Notes under the pieces: model-generated
What the model saw: only the letters and a program-made list of their open reading frames with translations
What the model was told of the DNA's origin: nothing
Database searches by the model: none
Translations under genes and position numbers: made by a program
DNA from: Candidatus Helarchaeota ASGARD archaeon Hel_GB_B
Lineage (GTDB): Archaea > Asgardarchaeota > Lokiarchaeia > Helarchaeales > HEL-GB-B
Assembly: GCA_005191425.1 (NCBI GenBank)
Contig: SUPR01000117.1
Location: 1-9,607 of the forward strand
Direction of reading: 5' to 3'
Length of the DNA stretch: 9,607 nucleotides
Shown: positions 6,673-9,607 of the stretch, one piece after another
Position numbering within the stretch: position 1 is the first letter of the stretch
Layout: each line of letters starts with the position of its first letter

Positions 6673-7964
6673 AAATATTGCTGATCAAACCATATTGGTC
6701 CTATCCATACAGCAGAGGAGAATATACTTACAATCGAATATGGCCTCCATTATGCTTGGCTAATTGTGCTGCTATATTAGAAAAAGAAGGTTTTGATGTT
6801 AAGATTTTGGATGCTCATGCTGAACGAATACAACCTGAGAAAATAGCTCGTTATATTTGTGGTTACGACAAGATATTTATTACTTCATCTTCCCTGGATA
6901 GATGGCAGTGCCCTAACATTGATATAAAAACTTTTTTAGAAACAGTTAAATATTGCAAAGAGAAAAATGATGAAGTCTTTATATCAGGTTACCATGGAAC
7001 GGTTGAACCAGAGCGAATATTAGGATTAACTGGGGCAAAAGCAGTAATAATAGGTGAACCTGAGTGCACGATTTTAGATATTTGCCGTAACAATAATTTA
7101 TCGAAAATACAGGGTGTATTTTTTAAAGATGACGGGCAAATAGTGTCAAATCCAAAAAGAGAGCCGTTAGATTTTAAAAAAATACCTATACCGGCATACC
7201 ATTTGTTAGATTTTAAAAAGTATTTTTATGAAATACTTGGTGGCAGATTTTCGCTGTTTGAAATAAGCAGAGGTTGCCATTATAAATGTACATTTTGTAA
7301 TAAAATTATGTATGGAGGAGGAGTTCGGTCAAAGTCATCTAAGCAAATAATAGAAGAAGTAACTATAGCCATAGAAAAATATAAGATAAAGACAGGATTT
7401 TTTATGGATTTGGATTTTTTATCAAATAGGATCATTGTAGAAGAATTATGTGATTATCTTATTAAGAAAAAATATAGATTTAAGTGGTCTTGCCAAACGA
7501 GGCCTGATTTTTTAGATATGGAAATTTTAAGAAAACTGAAAAATGCTGGATGCGAAATATTACATATGGGTATAGAAAGTGGAAGCCAGAATTCATTAAA
7601 AGAATTTAATAAAAATATGAATATTAAGACTATATTTAACGCATTTAGAATGTGTAATGTTGTAGGAATTAAAATATTGTCTTTTTTTCTATTTGGTTTA
7701 TCTGATGAAACAAATCAGGATAGAGAGGATACATTAAATTTAGTAAAGAAGTTAAACCCTGATTTTGTCTCATTTCATAAGGTTTATCCTTATAAAGGTT
7801 CTGTTATTTCGCAAGATAATATTTCGAAAAATTCGGCTGCGGATAGATTTATCCGTAAGGCATTTATTAAATTTTATTTGAGATTTTCTTATGTATCAAA
7901 ATTAAATCCATATATCATTTTATGTGGACCAAGACTGTTATGGGGGCGTATTAAAACGTTGTAA
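6669..7964 (+). CDS. Cobalamin (B12)-binding radical SAM enzyme, paralog 2
   Basis: 431 aa with WPPLCLA..AAILEKEGFDVKILDA, SGYHGTVEPE, IIGEPE and PIPAYHLLD. Radical SAM motif SRGCHYKCTFC (C203/C207/C210, nt 7275-7298), followed by TRPD, GIESGSQ and FGLSDET. The start overlaps the aminotransferase stop (ATGA, 6669-6672). Confidence 0.92.
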   Translation: MKILLIKPYWSYPYSRGEYTYNRIWPPLCLANCAAILEKEGFDVKILDAHAERIQPEKIARYICGYDKIFITSSSLDRWQCPNIDIKTFLETVKYCKEKNDEVFISGYHGTVEPERILGLTGAKAVIIGEPECTILDICRNNNLSKIQGVFFKDDGQIVSNPKREPLDFKKIPIPAYHLLDFKKYFYEILGGRFSLFEISRGCHYKCTFCNKIMYGGGVRSKSSKQIIEEVTIAIEKYKIKTGFFMDLDFLSNRIIVEELCDYLIKKKYRFKWSCQTRPDFLDMEILRKLKNAGCEILHMGIESGSQNSLKEFNKNMNIKTIFNAFRMCNVVGIKILSFFLFGLSDETNQDREDTLNLVKKLNPDFVSFHKVYPYKGSVISQDNISKNSAADRFIRKAFIKFYLRFSYVSKLNPYIILCGPRLLWGRIKTL

Positions 7965-7967
7965 TAT

Positions 7968-8666
7968 ATGAATAATGAATATTCAATTTCTTTGATTTTG
8001 CCTATGCATAATGAAGGAAAAAATATTGAAAAAATATTTAATGAATCCGTTGAATATTTAAGTCAAAATAGAAAAATAAAAGCTTTTGAGGTAGTCATTG
8101 TTGATGATGGCAGCACTGATAATAGTGCTGAAACAATAAATAAATTAGGCATTAAAAATCCTTTTCTGAAAGTAGTAAGGCATCCTAAAAATATGGGATT
8201 TGGAAAAGCAATTATGTCAGGATATCGAAATTCTAAGTACAACCTTAACTGCTTTATGGATGCGGACGGGCAGTTTAAAATTGATTCGATTGAAGAAATG
8301 CTTGAGTATATTGAAGATAATGATATTGTAATGGGATATCGCTTAAGAAGAAAAGATTCTTTATATAGGATTATGTTGGGTAAGTTTTATGCATTTATTG
8401 CAATGATCTTATTTGGATTGAAATATAAGGATATTAATTGTGGATTTAAGCTATTTAGAAAGGATGTATTATGTAAATATTATCACTGTAATGCCGGTAT
8501 TTTTTATACTGAAATTTTATTAAATGCTCAAAAGAAAAAACTCCGGATAAAAGAAATCCCGGTAAGTCACTACCCTAGATTAAATGGCAATCAAACCGGC
8601 GGTAGTCTAAAAATAGTGTTACACTCGATTAAAGATATCGTTAAATTATTGTTTCGTAAGAATTAA
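7968..8666 (+). CDS. GT2 polyprenol-phosphate glycosyltransferase (DPM1/ArnC/GtrB-like)
   Basis: 232 aa with LPMHNE, VDDGSTDN, HPKNMGFGKA, MDADGQF (DxD), DIVMGYR, DINCGFKLF, EIL and EIPVSHYPR. This motif series is typical of dolichol/undecaprenol-phosphate sugar synthases. No C-terminal TM pair. Confidence 0.9.
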   Translation: MNNEYSISLILPMHNEGKNIEKIFNESVEYLSQNRKIKAFEVVIVDDGSTDNSAETINKLGIKNPFLKVVRHPKNMGFGKAIMSGYRNSKYNLNCFMDADGQFKIDSIEEMLEYIEDNDIVMGYRLRRKDSLYRIMLGKFYAFIAMILFGLKYKDINCGFKLFRKDVLCKYYHCNAGIFYTEILLNAQKKKLRIKEIPVSHYPRLNGNQTGGSLKIVLHSIKDIVKLLFRKN

Positions 8667-8693
8667 GTTAAATAAAACTTTTAAATCATTACC

Positions 8694-8699
8694 TAAGGA
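8694..8699 (+). promoter_or_regulatory. Shine-Dalgarno-like site for the 8708 gene
   Basis: TAAGGA lies 8 nt upstream of ATG 8708. Confidence 0.35.
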
Positions 8700-8707
8700 T
8701 ATAAATT

Positions 8708-9607
8708 ATGATTTCGATTAATGATTTATATAGAAAACTTAAACGTCAATATATCAATTTGTATCTTGTTAATGCTGCTCCGTTGCTTTATTACCTTATG
8801 CATATACCTTTTTTCAGCTTTTATTATTTTTTTGGAAAAGGGAAAGCTAGTTTTCCATTAAACATTACTTTAGATTTGACTTATGAATGTAATTTAAGAT
8901 GTAAGTATTGTTTTCTACATTTTCTAGGTCCTACTAATGCTATTCAGGATGAACCATGCCTAACATTCAAAGAAATAGAACGATTTGTGACTTCATTGAA
9001 AGGAAGGCATACATCATTTCTTCTTACAGGTGGGGAGGCAACATTACGTAAGGATTTAATAGAAATTGTAAAATTAATAAAAACCAATAAATTTAGATGT
9101 GGTTTATTTACAAACGCTGTTACTCTTTTACCCTCAATTTCAGATGATTTAATAAAGTATGGACTAGACTATTTATTTTTCTCACTAGACGGCCCTCGGG
9201 ATATTCATGACCAATTAAGAGGCGTGGGCACTTTTGATATAATATGCAATAATATTTGGCATATCTCAAAAAGAATAAAGCACCATAGACCAAGAATTAT
9301 AATGAATACCTTAATACTTGAAGAGAATTATACCAGGTTAAAAGAAATCATTGATGTTGCACATGATTTAAATATAGATGGCGTGGCATTTAATTTTATG
9401 AATTATTTAACTAAAAGAGAGTTTGATATACATAAAAAATATTTTAGTGAAAAATTTATTTCAGATATATTTAGAAGTTTTGTATGTGTGAATGATTTTA
9501 ATAATAAAGGGTTTAAAAAAATGCCATCTATTTTAAAAACATTAATATATTATTCTAAAATGAAAAAAGTACCCATATTTTTTAAGCCATCTTTAAACGA
9601 TAATGAA
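8708..9607 (+). CDS. Radical SAM enzyme without a B12 domain (MoaA/PqqE/BtrN-like, possibly SPASM/twitch); 3'-truncated by the window edge
   Basis: My translation: 300 open codons, MISINDLYRKLKRQYINLYLVNAAPLLYYLMHIPFFSFYYFFGKGKASFPLNITLDLTYECNLRCKYCF...LTGGEATLRKDL...FTNA...FSLDGPRDIHDQLRGVGTF...NTLI...KPSLNDNE. CxxxCxxC is C61/C65/C68 (nt 8888-8911). GGE and SLDG...HD..RG motifs are present. Not in the supplied ORF track. Confidence 0.9.
   Translation, partial: MISINDLYRKLKRQYINLYLVNAAPLLYYLMHIPFFSFYYFFGKGKASFPLNITLDLTYECNLRCKYCFLHFLGPTNAIQDEPCLTFKEIERFVTSLKGRHTSFLLTGGEATLRKDLIEIVKLIKTNKFRCGLFTNAVTLLPSISDDLIKYGLDYLFFSLDGPRDIHDQLRGVGTFDIICNNIWHISKRIKHHRPRIIMNTLILEENYTRLKEIIDVAHDLNIDGVAFNFMNYLTKREFDIHKKYFSEKFISDIFRSFVCVNDFNNKGFKKMPSILKTLIYYSKMKKVPIFFKPSLNDNE

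Noticed and set aside
4111-6794. Exact 18-nt repeat TTAGAAAAAGAAGGTTTT at 4111-4128 and 6777-6794
   Set aside because: Encodes the shared peptide LEKEGF with the AT-richest or most common codons, and flanks diverge at once. Protein conservation plus codon bias explains it; no evidence of recent duplication or gene conversion.
523-8666. Naming genes arnT, arnB and arnC
   Set aside because: Same families, but arnA, arnD and arnE/F are absent, gene order differs, the GT2 lacks ArnC's TM helices, and the DegT protein has an atypical insert.
8667-8707. Rho-independent terminators in the internal gaps (2074-2138, 3891-3978, 8667-8707)
   Set aside because: No GC-rich hairpin followed by a U-tract was found in any of them; consistent with read-through, though not proof.
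3979-9607. Hopanoid side-chain cluster (hpnJ/hpnH/hpnI/hpnO) or ladderane/tetraether lipid genes
   Set aside because: No squalene-hopene cyclase, hpn accessory or fatty-acid synthesis genes in view. HpnO is a class III aminotransferase, not DegT-type. The motifs seen are superfamily-level only, so no symbols were assigned. Not fully excluded without phylogeny.

Overview
Very AT-rich window (roughly a quarter to a third G+C by eye, not computed) holding a tightly packed + strand cluster of at least seven genes. In order: an ArnT/PMT-like GT-C glycosyltransferase, a YfhO-like GT-C membrane protein, a cobalamin-binding radical SAM enzyme, a DegT/DnrJ/EryC1/StrS sugar aminotransferase, a second cobalamin-binding radical SAM enzyme, a DPM1/ArnC-like GT2 polyprenol-phosphate glycosyltransferase, and a third, non-B12 radical SAM enzyme that runs off the right edge (8708->9607, not in the supplied ORF track). 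A GT4-like glycosyltransferase starts on the - strand at 102 and runs off the left edge (also not in the track), separated by a 420-bp divergent intergenic region. The main observation is the combination: a lipid-carrier trans-membrane glycosylation scaffold (GT2 + two GT-C, with a DegT enzyme, as in ArnB/ArnC/ArnT) interleaved with three radical SAM enzymes. All four tailoring enzymes carry hydrophobic or amphipathic segments. I infer a cobalamin-dependent pathway that builds an unusual (for example C-methylated or rearranged) amino sugar, possibly on the lipid carrier, for cell-envelope decoration. Family assignments rest on motifs read by eye. Substrates, products, novelty and host taxon cannot be established from the sequence alone. 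No RNA genes, CRISPR arrays or mobile elements were recognised.
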